A DNA stretch of 64,000 bases from Antedon mediterranea. Lineage: Eukaryota > Animalia > Echinodermata. The DNA lies in assembly GCF_964355755.1 (NCBI RefSeq), contig NC_092678.1, positions 6,836,422 through 6,900,421 on the forward strand, written 5' to 3'. Position numbers and translations under genes: made by a program. Position 1 is the stretch's first letter. Every line of letters starts with the position of its first letter. The notes below the pieces were generated by a model. That model did not search any database. It was not told where the DNA came from and was given only the letters and a program-made list of their open reading frames with translations. Below, piece by piece: positions 25,201 through 37,897 of this stretch.

Positions 25201-28200
25201 GTATCATTAATTTTCGGCACTACAAACTTTCACGTTTTATCTTTCTGCTCATCTCTCTCTTTTTGACACTACTGCACGATTATCATTAAACGTATTTATT
25301 TAAGGGCATTCATGATGGCATCCACTACGACAACAATGATTTATCAATCATTAAGGCACTAAAATAATGATATTAAATTTCAAATTTCTTTGATTTATTA
25401 ACGATATCTAACTATACACATGACATATTGCAAAACTATAAAACAATATCCACCGAGATTTGTGTACTGCAGCCAGAAATCTTTTGTAATTGTTGCAAAA
25501 TATTAAATGACCACAAGTTACATTACTCATTACCTACAACAGATAATATAATTTAATGACTTTGTAAGCTAGTGGACGTTACTATAAATCGTAAACATAA
25601 ATAATACGCACTCAGGAGAATATTATGCTTATGAAATGTTACCATAAATAGTTATACTTGGCAATCATCAGTCAAATGATATCTTTAAATGCCAATCAAG
25701 TCATTATTAATACAGAGTTTAAATTCGGTGAATCATGGTTTAGGAAACATTTTAGTTAATTTATCATGAGTCTAAATTTAGAAATCCTTTTTAACATTGA
25801 TCTCAATGACTACATGGATTAAAAGAGATAAAAAACATGGATATTAGAAGCTGCAATAGGAATTGTGGAGAGACCTGTGGCTGTATTCACCATTCGCACG
25901 AAAGGAAACACTTACCCTTTAATAAACTTTAAACAAAATCTAAGTGAATACAATTGAAGGAAAATACTTACATGTATTTATTTGAGTTAAGTGAAATACT
26001 ACTATTTAAGGGAAATATTATACTTATTAGGGTGAATGGTTCTTTACTGCCCAATTTGAGAAATACAGAATACTACAGTATCTCAGGATTGTTTTCTTCA
26101 TTTTTTCAAAACCTTTTTTCAAAGTTAAAACATTCCCCTTCCCCAACCTTAAACAGCAATACTATCATTATAAAAAAAATAAATAATATTTTTATTAACA
26201 TTTTAGTAAAATACATTTTTTTAGTACATGTTTCAATGTAGAAGTATATAGGGCAGTCATTGTCCTAAACAGTGTGTTGATCACCCAAAAAAATGCTTGC
26301 TAAAAATAAAGTTTAAACAGTAAAATAGTTACTGCAGTAACCACAGCAGAATAATTTTGACATGAACCCCTAAACACAAATGTTACCCAAGAGGAAGTAT
26401 GGCATTTTGTACTTTTTCACGCTGCTGCTCTAGCCCGCTACGTCCCATTAGGACTACTCAATCAGAAGCTAAAGCAAGCAGCAGTTATAGTTCTAAGGAC
26501 AGACAGTTTTGTGAAAATGGAAACTCCACTATGATTTATTGATTCCAGCTGCTACAGTAGACCCAAAAAACGGCTGGGAAAGAGTCTATTAGGACATGTC
26601 ATGCTAAAATTACAAATCCCTATATTCACTGTCAGTGTCAGATATTCATTGAATTGTTATCGAAACAGTCCATTAAAGTTTGTGTTTGTAATAGGATACT
26701 TCACAATTGAAATATCTAGGGTGATGAAGTGACCCCCAGATTTGACCTTAGCAATAAAATTAACTAAAGTGACAGAAATTGAGTATTCACTTCTGTAACA
26801 AAAAAGTAATATTTATTCACATATAAAAAATGAAAAGAAACCCAAAAACCATTGTCTGACAGACAATTAAGTATTTGTTGCTTTAAATTACATTTTTTCA
26901 GGTAAAATAACTATCTATTATGTGACAATAAAATGACACATTCAAAAACATTTGAAATAAAAAATATTTTTCAATAAGCGAGCAGCGTTTTTTGTAAGAA
27001 ATATTTCTTGTTTATAGTACAACTATATTTTTATATTCTATTGTTTTTGTCCTAATACATTAAAAAATCCTTTTATATTAAATCATTTGAGAGTTGTACT
27101 ACACATATCCTAGTCTGTGTTAATTGCAAATTTTAAAAGTACAGTTTACAACTAGACCACATAGAAGGGCATTTTGAAAGAATCGGTATTTTTATGAAAC
27201 CATCAATAAAAATACTACAAAGTTGAGACAAACTAAAGAAGATTTATTTTTATAGGAAGTACAGTACTGAAGGCATTACAAGAGAAAAATTATACCATAT
27301 CTTTCACTGCGCACTATGATCGCCCCTACTGTATATAGTGGCGTAACAGCTATGAGCACACACTGGCTTAAACCAGGGGGTCCAAGATCTTAAATGGTTC
27401 CAGAGCATGGGCATCCCCAATGTAACTACCCAGTATTAGAAGGCCTCTAGGAGAGCAAAACCAGGCCCTTTTCCATATTCGTTACGTCTTGCTGGTTGCG
27501 CAAAGTACCATCACATATTATGTTACTTCGTCCTTTCGGATAAGGATGTAAAACCATCGTCCTACAGTATACATTGCAGATATGCACAAACATTTTTTTA
27601 GTAGCCTTTTCGAAAGTGGAAGAGATCGTCTCCTGGTGTGCTGATTGTGGTCTTCTGGTGAAGAGGTCATCCAGTATAAAAAAGAACGTTTACCGCTTAC
27701 CTGGATAAATCAACAACAGCCTGTGTTCTCCCAAAGGAGTATTATTATAAAGATAAAAGTTCCTTGAACACCCCTCTAAAATACTGGATTAATCCACAAA
27801 GTAATTAGCATTCACATGGGCTTGTACAGTGCCAACTGTTAATGTTATCATTACTTGAATGTAGGGATATAAAATATTCTGTGTAAATGTGTGTATGTGT
27901 ATTGTCGGGGGTCCAAATGACCAGCTTTGCAGGATGGGCTACCCTCATGAAACATGGTTCAATAACAAGGCCATACATGGCTGCAGTCTCATGCTCAAGT
28001 TAGTGTTTACCGACCAACCAACACACCTAGTGAGCTGTAGAGTCGCGTTGCACGTGACTAAAAACAAGTAGTAGTGTATGATTTGAACCAAACATCTTGG
28101 GATTTTAAGTGCATGTTGAAACCACCTAGGTACCTAATGCCATATGAAACTCACTACAAAGAATTGTTAACTTTAGCTTATCTTCTTTCTGTGACATATG

Positions 28201-29261
28201 CAAACGCTAGAAAAAAGTAGAGCTATTCTAAAAAATGTTAACCATGCCTTGTTCAGTGATTTCGAGCTCATGCATCATGGGCTTCGGTTTCGATGCCCGG
28301 CATGTAGAACAAACCGGAAAAGAAATTAGTTTTTGCCAGTGGCAATCCGACTCTTTAAATTGTTACATTGTACTGTGTATTTTGCTGTATATCTTGTAGT
28401 AAGATCATTTTAATTCAGACCTTTTTATTTGAATTGCCCCGTGTGGAATGATTAAAGAATTTTGAATTTTATTTGAAGCATGGGTCCTGAAAAGTCAAAT
28501 AGTACATGAAATCACAATGTCTAGATATGCAATAAAGGCTAACAACATACAGTGAAACATAACAGAGGTTGGATAGGTCAAATTGATAGCCTAAAGCATG
28601 TTTATTAAGTCTTTCTGTTGATTCATCATCTAACTTTGAGGCATGCTGTCATGTTTGATAAAACATTGTTTGACGAGTACAGTATGATTGTCAGACTGAA
28701 CGTTTTCAACATCTGCAGCATTTATTAGTATCTAGATTTAAAAAAAGGACCTGCAGATATGTTCCATAAACATGCTAGCCTATTTCTATCATTTAGCCAT
28801 ACAAAAAAAACAGTTAGCAACACTGGAAGACTTCACAAGCATTTTGAATTGTTTTTTGTTTGCCACATCTTAAAAAACAAGGCCATATACATGGCTGCAG
28901 TCACGTGCTCAAGTTAGTGTTTACTGACCAACCGATCGACATAGTGAGCTCAGAGTCGCGTTGCATGCAACTAAAAATAACACAAATTTAATACATGGGT
29001 CAGTTTCAGTCTGGTCAGGCCCAGAACTCTAATTACCTCATCTTTTATTTTATGACAGTTTGGAGAAAAGTCTCCTGGAGAGACCAGCTTTAACTTTCCA
29101 ACATTTTGTGCGGGACATACATTTTATGCATTACTGCACATCCCGCAAGTTGCCACGCATGATTCCTGTATGTGGAGCAGTATGGGAACCAAATGTCAAA
29201 TTCCAAGTGTCAAAGGGCTTACAGTATGTACAGTCTTTAAAAAATAAATTGTTTTACTAAC

Positions 29262-29357
29262 CTCCACAGCCTTCCTTCTTAAAATGAAAAAGTTTTCGGC
29301 TCGCATCATCATAAATCGCATGAACTTTCTACATAATATCTTTTCAATTTCATCTGC
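29262..29357 (-). CDS. ARPC4: ARPC4 exon 4 (96 nt)
   Basis: ttcag|GCA...GAG|gttagt; translates [32 protein letters not shown]. Confidence 0.97.
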
Positions 29358-29526
29358 CTGAATATCAAATAAAAGAATTAATTAGAATTACAATTACTTA
29401 ATTATTTCTTGAATGGTAATATACTGTAGTATCAGGAAAATTACCATTAATCTGGGTTAATATAAACCCTGAGGAAATTGTAATTGTACAATATTAGTGC
29501 ACTCTTATCAGCTGATCTTAATCATC

Positions 29527-29777
29527 TCCGAGACAGTGCCTTAACCATGCAGGGCCGTACCACTTTACTACTGAGATCCGAGACAGTGCCTCAACCATGC
29601 AGGGCCGTACCACTTTACTACTGAGATCCGAGACAGTGCCTTAACCATGCAGGGCCGTACCACTTTACTACTGAGATCCGAGACAGTGCCTTAACAATGC
29701 AGGGCCGTACCACTTTACTACTGAGATCCGAGACAGTGCCTTAACCATGCAGGGCCGTACCACTTTACTACAGAGAT
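29527..29777. repeat. 50-bp tandem repeat x5 in ARPC4 intron 3
   Basis: agacagtgcc recurs at 29531, 29581, 29631, 29681 and 29731; units near-identical. Confidence 0.97.
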
Positions 29778-30269
29778 GCATGTTTTACAGAATCACAAAC
29801 AATGACACAAATGTTGTTACTAAAAACTAAAAAAATGCTGAACAGAATAACATTAATTGTATCAACTAACAAAAGTTAGAACAAGTAGTTCTTGAGGAAA
29901 TGCAATTTCAGTTTATTTGTTATGCTAAAGACTGCTCAGTACCAGATCTCCGACTTTCGAAAGTCTGTTAATAAATTTATTTGTGGGAATAAAATAATTT
30001 CGCAGATAAAAATGTGCACTACTGTACCTTCTTATTGTTTTCTACTACAGTAATACATTACAGTAATGAATTATGCCTATGCAGCTAAAAAAAATACAAA
30101 CTAAATTCTTTTACATTAAAAAAAGTATTAAACAGTTCAAACTAATCCTTTCTTTGAAAGAAACTTGAATTTGTCACAGAAAAGGATTTGGCTGAATTAT
30201 TAAAATGCGCATAAAGCAGATGCCCTAAATTCACTAGGTAATGAAAAACAGGCCTTATTCCTAGAAATT

Positions 30270-30730
30270 GTCTGACCTGTTTAAACAATTTTTTCTAACC
30301 TGCTTAAAAAATGTTTTCTAACAATGTTTTCTGACCTGTATAAACTGGGTTTACTGACAAGGTTTTTACTGACATGTTTAATCAGGGTTTACTGACCTGT
30401 TTAAACACGGTTTACTGACCTGTTTAAACACCATTTACTGACCTGTTTAAACACCAATTAATGACAAGATTTGAACTGACATGTTTAAACAACTAGGTTT
30501 TACTAAACCTGTTTAAACAAGGTTTACTGACCTGTTTCAAAAAGGTTTACTGACAAGTTTAAACAACAGGGATACTGACCTGTTTAAACAAGGTCCAACT
30601 GACCTAGTAAACAAGGTTTACCCAACCTGTTTCAACAAGGTTTACTGCGAAGTTTAAACAACAGGAATACTGACCTGTTTAAACATGGTCCAACTGACCT
30701 GGTAAACAAGGTTTACTGACCTGTTTAACA
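30270..30730. repeat. ~22-25-bp minisatellite (ACTGACCTGTTTAAACAAGGTTT) abutting the exon-3 donor
   Basis: About 20 degenerate units; the unit's reverse complement contains AAACAG|GTCAGT. Confidence 0.9.
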
Positions 30731-30832
30731 GCGATGCTAATCCTGATGGAATTGATTGATCCCTCTATTAGTACTTTCTCCCTCTCATTACGACTGATGA
30801 CAAGTGGTTGCAGCAAAAGCTCTTTACTACTC
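30721..30832 (-). CDS. ARPC4: ARPC4 exon 3 (112 nt)
   Basis: tgttttcag|G AGT AGT...AAA CAG|gtcagt; translates (R)[37 protein letters not shown]. Confidence 0.97.
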
Positions 30833-31791
30833 CTGAAAACATCATAAACATTTTATAACTATTAAGCCTGACAAAAATGCAAAACACAGATTTATACTCA
30901 TCAAGTATATAAAAATATTTGAATGCGCCACAAAGTGAGTGAGTGGCCCAGGGTACACAACTACAGTAAAACCTAGTACATTTTTCAAGATGAGTAGAGG
31001 GGGAGGGGGGGGGGGGGTTACACGTCAACACTATTTGAGATTAGGAGATCAGAAGATTGGATGAAATTTCAAGGTTTCTGGAGAAATCAAGAATTGTAAT
31101 ACTTTATTTTTGGATTCAGAATATTGTACTTCAAAATACAGCAATAAAATCTTAATGTGTTGGTCTATGGTGAAAAGTTATTGTCGGCACTACTGTGTCA
31201 CAATTGTTTCTTTTTCTCATGGGTTTCATAAAACTGCTTGTTTTATAAACATTTTATAGCAAACATCGACAATGGGTAACTCCCAATTGTCAAATAACAG
31301 CGGATAAATTGTGTAAAACATTGATAATTTCCATTATAGTTGATGTAATGACTGTGATGTTTGTTAAAAATGCAAATTATACTTGTTTCATGTCTGTCCA
31401 GTTTAAAAGAAGGCCGCCTTTTTAAACGTGTACTTAAGAGTATTACTGGAGATCAGAGCACTTTATTACAATGGTATGATTCCTCTACTGACAAAGTTAT
31501 TGTATTAACAACAGCCGTTTAATTGAACTCTTGCAATAGATTAATTTTTTTTTTCTTAATATTCCGATGAAAATCATCAAGATCACCTACCTAGGCTTGT
31601 TTGGGTGCACATGTCGGTACCATGAAAGGTTCACTCCATTGTCTATAATCTAAATCAGCGTTCTGCTAACTTTTTATTTTTCAGCCCAAAATTCAAATCT
31701 TAGTAACAACCACCCACCTGGACCAACATAATAAAGCTAAAATATTATTTTGTTTATAACAAGTCCTTCATCATTTCATCATTACAGTACT

Positions 31792-32141
31792 TTTTAATTT
31801 TTTTAATTTTTTTAATCGAAACCAACAGCGATAATTACCGCCACTAACAGGTTTGATACAAACAAAGCCAGGACTGTTTAAAGCACCTTGATTGGTCCTA
31901 ACATTGATCAAGGGCTTCTCTCGTCCAGTGCCCACCTTGACCAGAGGTCTGAGGCAGATACTACTGTAGATGCAGGGGCTGCCATAAAAGTCAGCAGTGC
32001 TGATTTCAAATGCTTAACGGGACCCCAGCTCCGTATACAGCACCCGTTATTCCCAGATGGTCTCCCATCCAAGCTCTAACCAGGCCCAACGTCGCTTAAC
32101 TTCGGTGATCTGACGAGCACCGGTGTTTCAACGTCGTAAAG
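31792..32141 (-). mobile_element. 5S rRNA-derived SINE (SINE3-type); second, more decayed copy on + at ~46590-46802
   Basis: 5S-like head (CTCGTCAGATCACCGAAGTTAAGC...GGCCTGGTTAGAGCTTGGATGGGAGACC..CTGGGAATA.CGGGTGCTGT), ~200-bp non-5S body shared with the second copy, (TTAAAAAAA)n tail, CAGTACT TSD. Confidence 0.88.
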
Positions 32142-32254
32142 CAGTACTGTATGTTTGTTAGATAAAACATGTCGGCACATTTACTGTTCCAATCTTATTT
32201 TCATTTTAACTCTTTTCACTAGAAGGAATCACATTAACAATGTGTAGCTTGTAG

Positions 32255-32325
32255 TGGAGCTGTAGTTTGGTGGTTAACATGCTTGTCTTCCAATCCCTGG
32301 ATCCTGGGTTCAATCCTGACCTACA
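32255..32325 (+). mobile_element. Decayed tRNA-derived SINE head; similar heads ~17980-18045 (+) and ~49265-49337 (-)
   Basis: A-box-like TGGTGGTTAA and B-box GGTTCAATCC without an intact cloverleaf. Confidence 0.55.
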
Positions 32326-34639
32326 GCAGTGCAAGGTCTGTAACTCACGACTATTTCAACCACTCCATAAGCCTCAAATAAGACTGATAAGCATGATAAA
32401 TTATAAAATAGTATATCCATCCTGTAATTGCGAGTTACTTGCTGTTTGATGCGTATGGAATGATAACAAACATGTTCCTTCTTCGTTTGCCAACACAGAA
32501 AAAATAAAATGAGTGCAGTTTCTCTAAACTAAAAATTATTTAATTATCAATACAAATATTTTCAGTATACCATAAATTTATATTCCACACAATTATTTTA
32601 AATAAGTGATATTTATACTACTAGTCATTTTTTTCCAATTCTCAATAACAAGTCATTTAAAAATTATATAAATATCTATCTCGTTTTAAAGTTGTTAAAT
32701 CTTTCGTCCTTATCTACTTCTTGAGGATCTCCAGATAAGCTCCTAAACGATTTGCATGACCATATTTGGAGGTCCTCACACTTTATTTTCAAGGGTTTGT
32801 GTGCAAAAAAATAAATACATACAGTACATTATTTACTACAGTAGTAAACAATTTTTTAAAAAAGAGAAAGATTGGCTCATTATATTTGAGGTCTTTTCGT
32901 CATGCTCGTTTTTTACCAGGAAAAAAAATGCATTATTACGGTAATATCAAACGTAAGATAAATTCAGAGTTCAGAAGGCGACTTAATTCTGGCAGTGAAA
33001 TTTTACCCTAACGATAATCTCATAAACCTATGAAATTTGATATCATTTTTATTAAACAAATATAAACCCACCTACAAAAATTAATTTAAACAATAAGTTA
33101 TAGTTTATTAGGATGAAAATCAATGTCATTAAATAAGTTTATTCTAATAACAAGAATACTTAGAAATAAGATATCATTAATGAGACATTGTAATCAAGTC
33201 ATCAGATTTAATAACGAGTTGATTGGAAAGGATATTTTAAAGAGTTAAAAGATGTACTGTACTGTATGGCTTTCAACAAAGATAAGGAGTCAATCTGTCA
33301 ACAAATGAAAATTTATCTAAAATCTCCACAAAAGCAAAATTATTTAAAATACCATCACATGCATAATGTATTTGACGTGCTATACGTAGAGGAAGATGTT
33401 ACCGGTCCATCATCTCGTACAAATAGGTTTTGTAACAGCTTTTATCCAGCTGCCGTACTGCTTGACGTTTTCAGTTTCAGGTTTTTTTACTTTGTTTTGT
33501 AAATGGCATCCCTGAAACAAGCATTCTGATTTTTAGGACATTTTTTTTATTTGAGTTACTTACAGCACGCTGTCAATGTATAAAAGGTAATCATACAGTA
33601 CTTCAAAGCTATTTTGTGTACCCTTTCAATAGAGGATGATTAGTATATTATAAGTCATTGGATAACAAGAATTTATCATGTATTATAAACTTGTTTTTGA
33701 AATGCTGAAAAGCTTAATAAATCTGCAATAAGGGGTATATCCTCTTACAATTAGAAGGGAAACAAATTACTGTATCTGTACATTAGTATTTCAATTAGTA
33801 TCAGCCAACCTGCTTGTGTCAAATACAATTTAATTTATGAATATAAAAGTTCAATGCAATTGGAATTCTATGATCAATTAATCATTCTACACAGTATTAG
33901 AAAATCGATAAAATGTCAGGTTTTTATTTTATGGAATAAAATTCTACTCTAACACAGTTAAAAGTGATTACAATTTTAAAGCTTCTATTATGGAAATAGG
34001 TTTTTTTTATGACACTTTGTTTAGTAAGTAAATATTGGGAGAATGACCTGCGATTTGCATTAATTGTCCGGAAATGACACTCCCAATCGGCAATCCCATG
34101 GCAATTAATTAATTTATAGTTAAGAATAAAATTCTGAAGTGATTTTATTTACGTCCAAAATGTAAGCGCCTGAATCTTCCCCTGTACTGGGCGTAATTGT
34201 GTACAGGTGCAGACACACATACAACAAACCAACTGTTCCACACCACTCCTTCACGGGTCCCTACGTGTCATACTGTATGACAGCTGTCCACAACGACAGG
34301 GGCTAAGATAGTCCAACACATCGAGGTAACCACAACTGTTCCGAAAGAAGTGCACACCTTACTTACTGTAGCCAGATGTGTACTAGAACACCTGTACAGT
34401 ATGTCTGTGACGCATTTAGGTAGCAAACAATGTTTCCTACTCCAAATTCCTGATCAGTAGTAACTTAAATTATCCATTAATCAATTTTTTTTAATGATTT
34501 ATGTGGATCTGATCCAATCACATAAAACATGGCCAAGAATAATTTTGGACGTGCCAATACTGTTGGTTCTAAACAGACACGGTCTATTGGTGCTCAACGT
34601 AGACAACAAGAATCGGTATTCATACATCATGGGCCTTAA

Positions 34640-35651
34640 AGGAAAGGAACACCCTAATATCTTACCTAACTATTATAAAAGTAACCCTACCAACTTAATA
34701 TTCAGCACAATTTATGTTTAAATCGGTTTTGTAGTTTTCTAGTAAACAGGATTTTAAAGCTGTTTTCAAGACATTTGAAAATCGCCATCTTGTGCTCATG
34801 GCAGCCTGTTTGTGACGTCAGATACGGCCGACGAAAATTTTAAGATTCGCGGTTGCATTCAGAGCTTCTATTGGCTAAGCGAATCCGCTAATATGATTGG
34901 CTAATAACGCGACATGCGGTCATGCAGGACGGCGATGACACGGTATGAGCATGCGCTGGCTTGGTAAACAAACCTTCGATCGATCTTTTCTTCTGCAAGC
35001 CAATTCGTAAATCTTTCAGCTATTGTTAATCTATTGTTACTTTTATTGCCTAGCTGTTTCAAACGGGATTTGGTAGGGGAATTAACTGGCAAACCTTCGA
35101 AACGGAGGCTGTTGGTTGACGATGCAGTGTCTACTTTATTTTCGTTCAACACGAGTTCTAGGCCTAGTAAGGCATACAGTACAGATACACTGGCCGAAAG
35201 TACACCATTCTTCGACGGCTTGTTATGCTCGAGAATGTTCTTCTTCTCTTCTTTTTTCCTCATCAGCACGACGCAAAACTAACTCTCTTTCTGTATATTC
35301 TGGTTCCAAATTTTTTGAATTATAAAAACTCCAAGCCATATTCCGAAAATATTAGGTATGTTAGGCTATTTAATTGATTTTATTTATGGTTATATCCCGC
35401 ACTTCCATATTGAAATACTGTACTAAGACGATGGGCGCTTGGATTTGCTTGAATGCGTCCACCTAATCTGACGTCACATAATTGCTCTTAACCTGTCAAA
35501 ATGGCGCTGTTCAATTTCCGATATTTTGTCGTTTAAAAGTCTATTTTTTAACTAAATTGCTTACTATTGTACCTTGAACCATTGTAATCATGTTTTTATT
35601 ACATTTATCTATAAGCACAGTGGCACATTTAGCCCAGGGTGTTCCTTTCCT
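34640..35651. mobile_element. Non-autonomous Kolobok-type element with decayed internal coding remnant
   Basis: TTAA|AGGAAAGGAACACCCT...AGGGTGTTCCTTTCCT|TTAA; subterminal inverted TGTGACGTCAGAT motifs; GC-richer interior. Confidence 0.85.
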
Positions 35652-37708
35652 TTAAAGCAAAATTTACTAAATCCATTAAGATAAACATCTAAGTATCAAA
35701 TGTAAATGGTTTAAATTCTTCACATCAAAAACTGGGTTTCACAAAATAATGTTATAAACATTATTGGACTTTGGACTGATTACTAAACTTGTTGTACATT
35801 ATTATAGTTCAGTGACACAATCATCCGTGAAATATTTCTTTGCAACAAAATATTAAGGCTGCCAATCTACATGTTGTATGGCAAAACCATGATTGTTGAA
35901 GAAACAATCATGGAGAAGTTAAGTTCTGCCTACACTACCAAACTAGTTAGACAGAAAAAATGTGATTTGCCCAAATATGGTAGTGATATGACATCATCAT
36001 GTTTGTCCATATGGACATGATAGTGTAGACAGAGCTTTAAGCTATGTTGGACAGGGTTGATATTTAAAGACACACTGTCTAGGGTTTTTAATGCATGCTC
36101 ATAGTTAGACCTTTCAGAAAGTGTAATGAAAGGGATTGGACTAGAAAGTGAGAGGTTCAAGTCTGCTTGTGCTATAAAATGACTCTATCCTAGTTATGGA
36201 GGCAAATCTCCAGTGAAGAGGCCAGATAGGGAATGACAACGCCTTTTCTGTACCTTTAAAAAATTGCAAAGGAGAACGTAATTACAAGATGCACTAGACA
36301 AAACTTTTAGAGTCTTTTAGTTTTACAAGTTTTTGAGAGTGGCATTTTTTATTAAGGTGTTTACTGTATGTTTATAGTTTAATAAAGATGCTATTATGTA
36401 TTTTTTTTCTAACATATTTCCATTTTGTTTGTTTTATTTTTCCACTCTTCTAATGATTGTCAAAAAATAAATAAATAAGATACCATTAAAGTATACAGAT
36501 TTTATGAGTGGATGGAGGTCACAGTAACTTCATTGAACTTTAAGTCGTGACCCCCTCCCCCACCTCCCCCAGTTTTAGTATAATAATAACATGTAATTTC
36601 GTGTTTAAAAATCATACTGTAAGTGTAACAATTAAACTAATTACTTTAAAACATTTCTATTAATCATACATTCTAATAATTATTGATCTATAGTTTCCCT
36701 ATATTTCATAGTTGGGATATAATTGAAAATAAGCACTTTCTTATCAGTTCAACTATGAAAAATAAACAGTGTGGTAAAAAATGTTATCAGATGACTAAAT
36801 ATAGGTAATATAACTTGATTTTTACATTTCTGGTATATTTATTCAACTTCAGATTTTTATTTTCATGCTATAGCAAAAATTATCCACCATATATCCACCA
36901 TCATTTTCACCTTCTAGGGAGTCACCAGACATGTTATTACATTAATGTAGGTTAAACTACCTATAACTACTGAAAAAAAGTCTTCCTGGTTTTAATGGCA
37001 GAATTTTCCAAAATTTTGTATTAGACCATATTAAGGGAAATTCATGTTTTTTCGTCTTGATTTCTGTTACAAATATTTGATTTATGTACAATTAACCAGA
37101 TATTAAATTTAAATTCATGTATTTACCTGAGCTTTAAGACTTTTACAAAACCTACTATATTTTATAGAATCTGTAACAATTCATGAGTGTTACCTGTACT
37201 CCACTAATCTGCATGTCTAGACTACTGATTACTTATTTAGATATCCTGGCATGACACTAGGTCCTCAACTAACTCTACTGTATTTTGTATTAAAAAATGC
37301 ATGACGTTTATACTTTTTTTTATGTCTAGACTACTGATTCATGGAAAGATGGCTGAGAGCTGTACTCAACACGAAAGGCGCCCTTAGGGGTGATGATATT
37401 TGTGTAATCTGTCCACTATACATTGAGATGATTATCGTATATAATTTTTAAATCACACAAAAAACTGTAATACATCCATTATCTTTTGATAAAGTAGTAA
37501 ATCTCCTGCAAAAGTTTTCCAGCGCCGGAAAATCCAATCAAACGTCAATGTTTCATTTTCACGCCACTACGCGCATATCGATTAGCGCATAGCCGCGTAA
37601 AGACCCTTTAAAATTATTATTGCATCTATACAGGGGTGGATACCCAATTACAACATTTGCTTGCATCACTCACTTTTAAATAAGATATTTTATAGTTTGT
37701 GTACTAAC

Positions 37709-37827
37709 CTGACTTCAACTTCAGGTTTATTGTGTCGTTCCACATGCTGTGATGAGAAGTTCTCAAGGCACATAGCTGCAGTTAGGGTTGAACGAACGGC
37801 ATTCAGGTATGGTCTCAGTGTAGCAGA
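37709..37827 (-). CDS. ARPC4: ARPC4 exon 2 (119 nt)
   Basis: Poly-T tract then tag|TCT...AG|gttagt; translates [39 protein letters not shown](R), the ARPC4 N-terminus. Confidence 0.97.
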
Positions 37828-37897
37828 CTACAAAAAAAAAGTTTTAATTCAATCTCTCAAATAAATAACTGACAGGCTTTTATAAAAACTAAGTTAC

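Noticed and set aside
29527-29777. Possible CRISPR array
   Set aside because: Units are contiguous and identical, with no spacers.
32030-32141. Functional 5S rRNA gene
   Set aside because: Diverged 5' end, no T-run terminator, fused to a SINE body with tail and TSD.
34901-35325. Track ORFs of 122, 82 and 69 aa as a nested host gene
   Set aside because: They lie inside a TIR/TTAA-bounded element; the only motif-bearing frame is a different, interrupted one.
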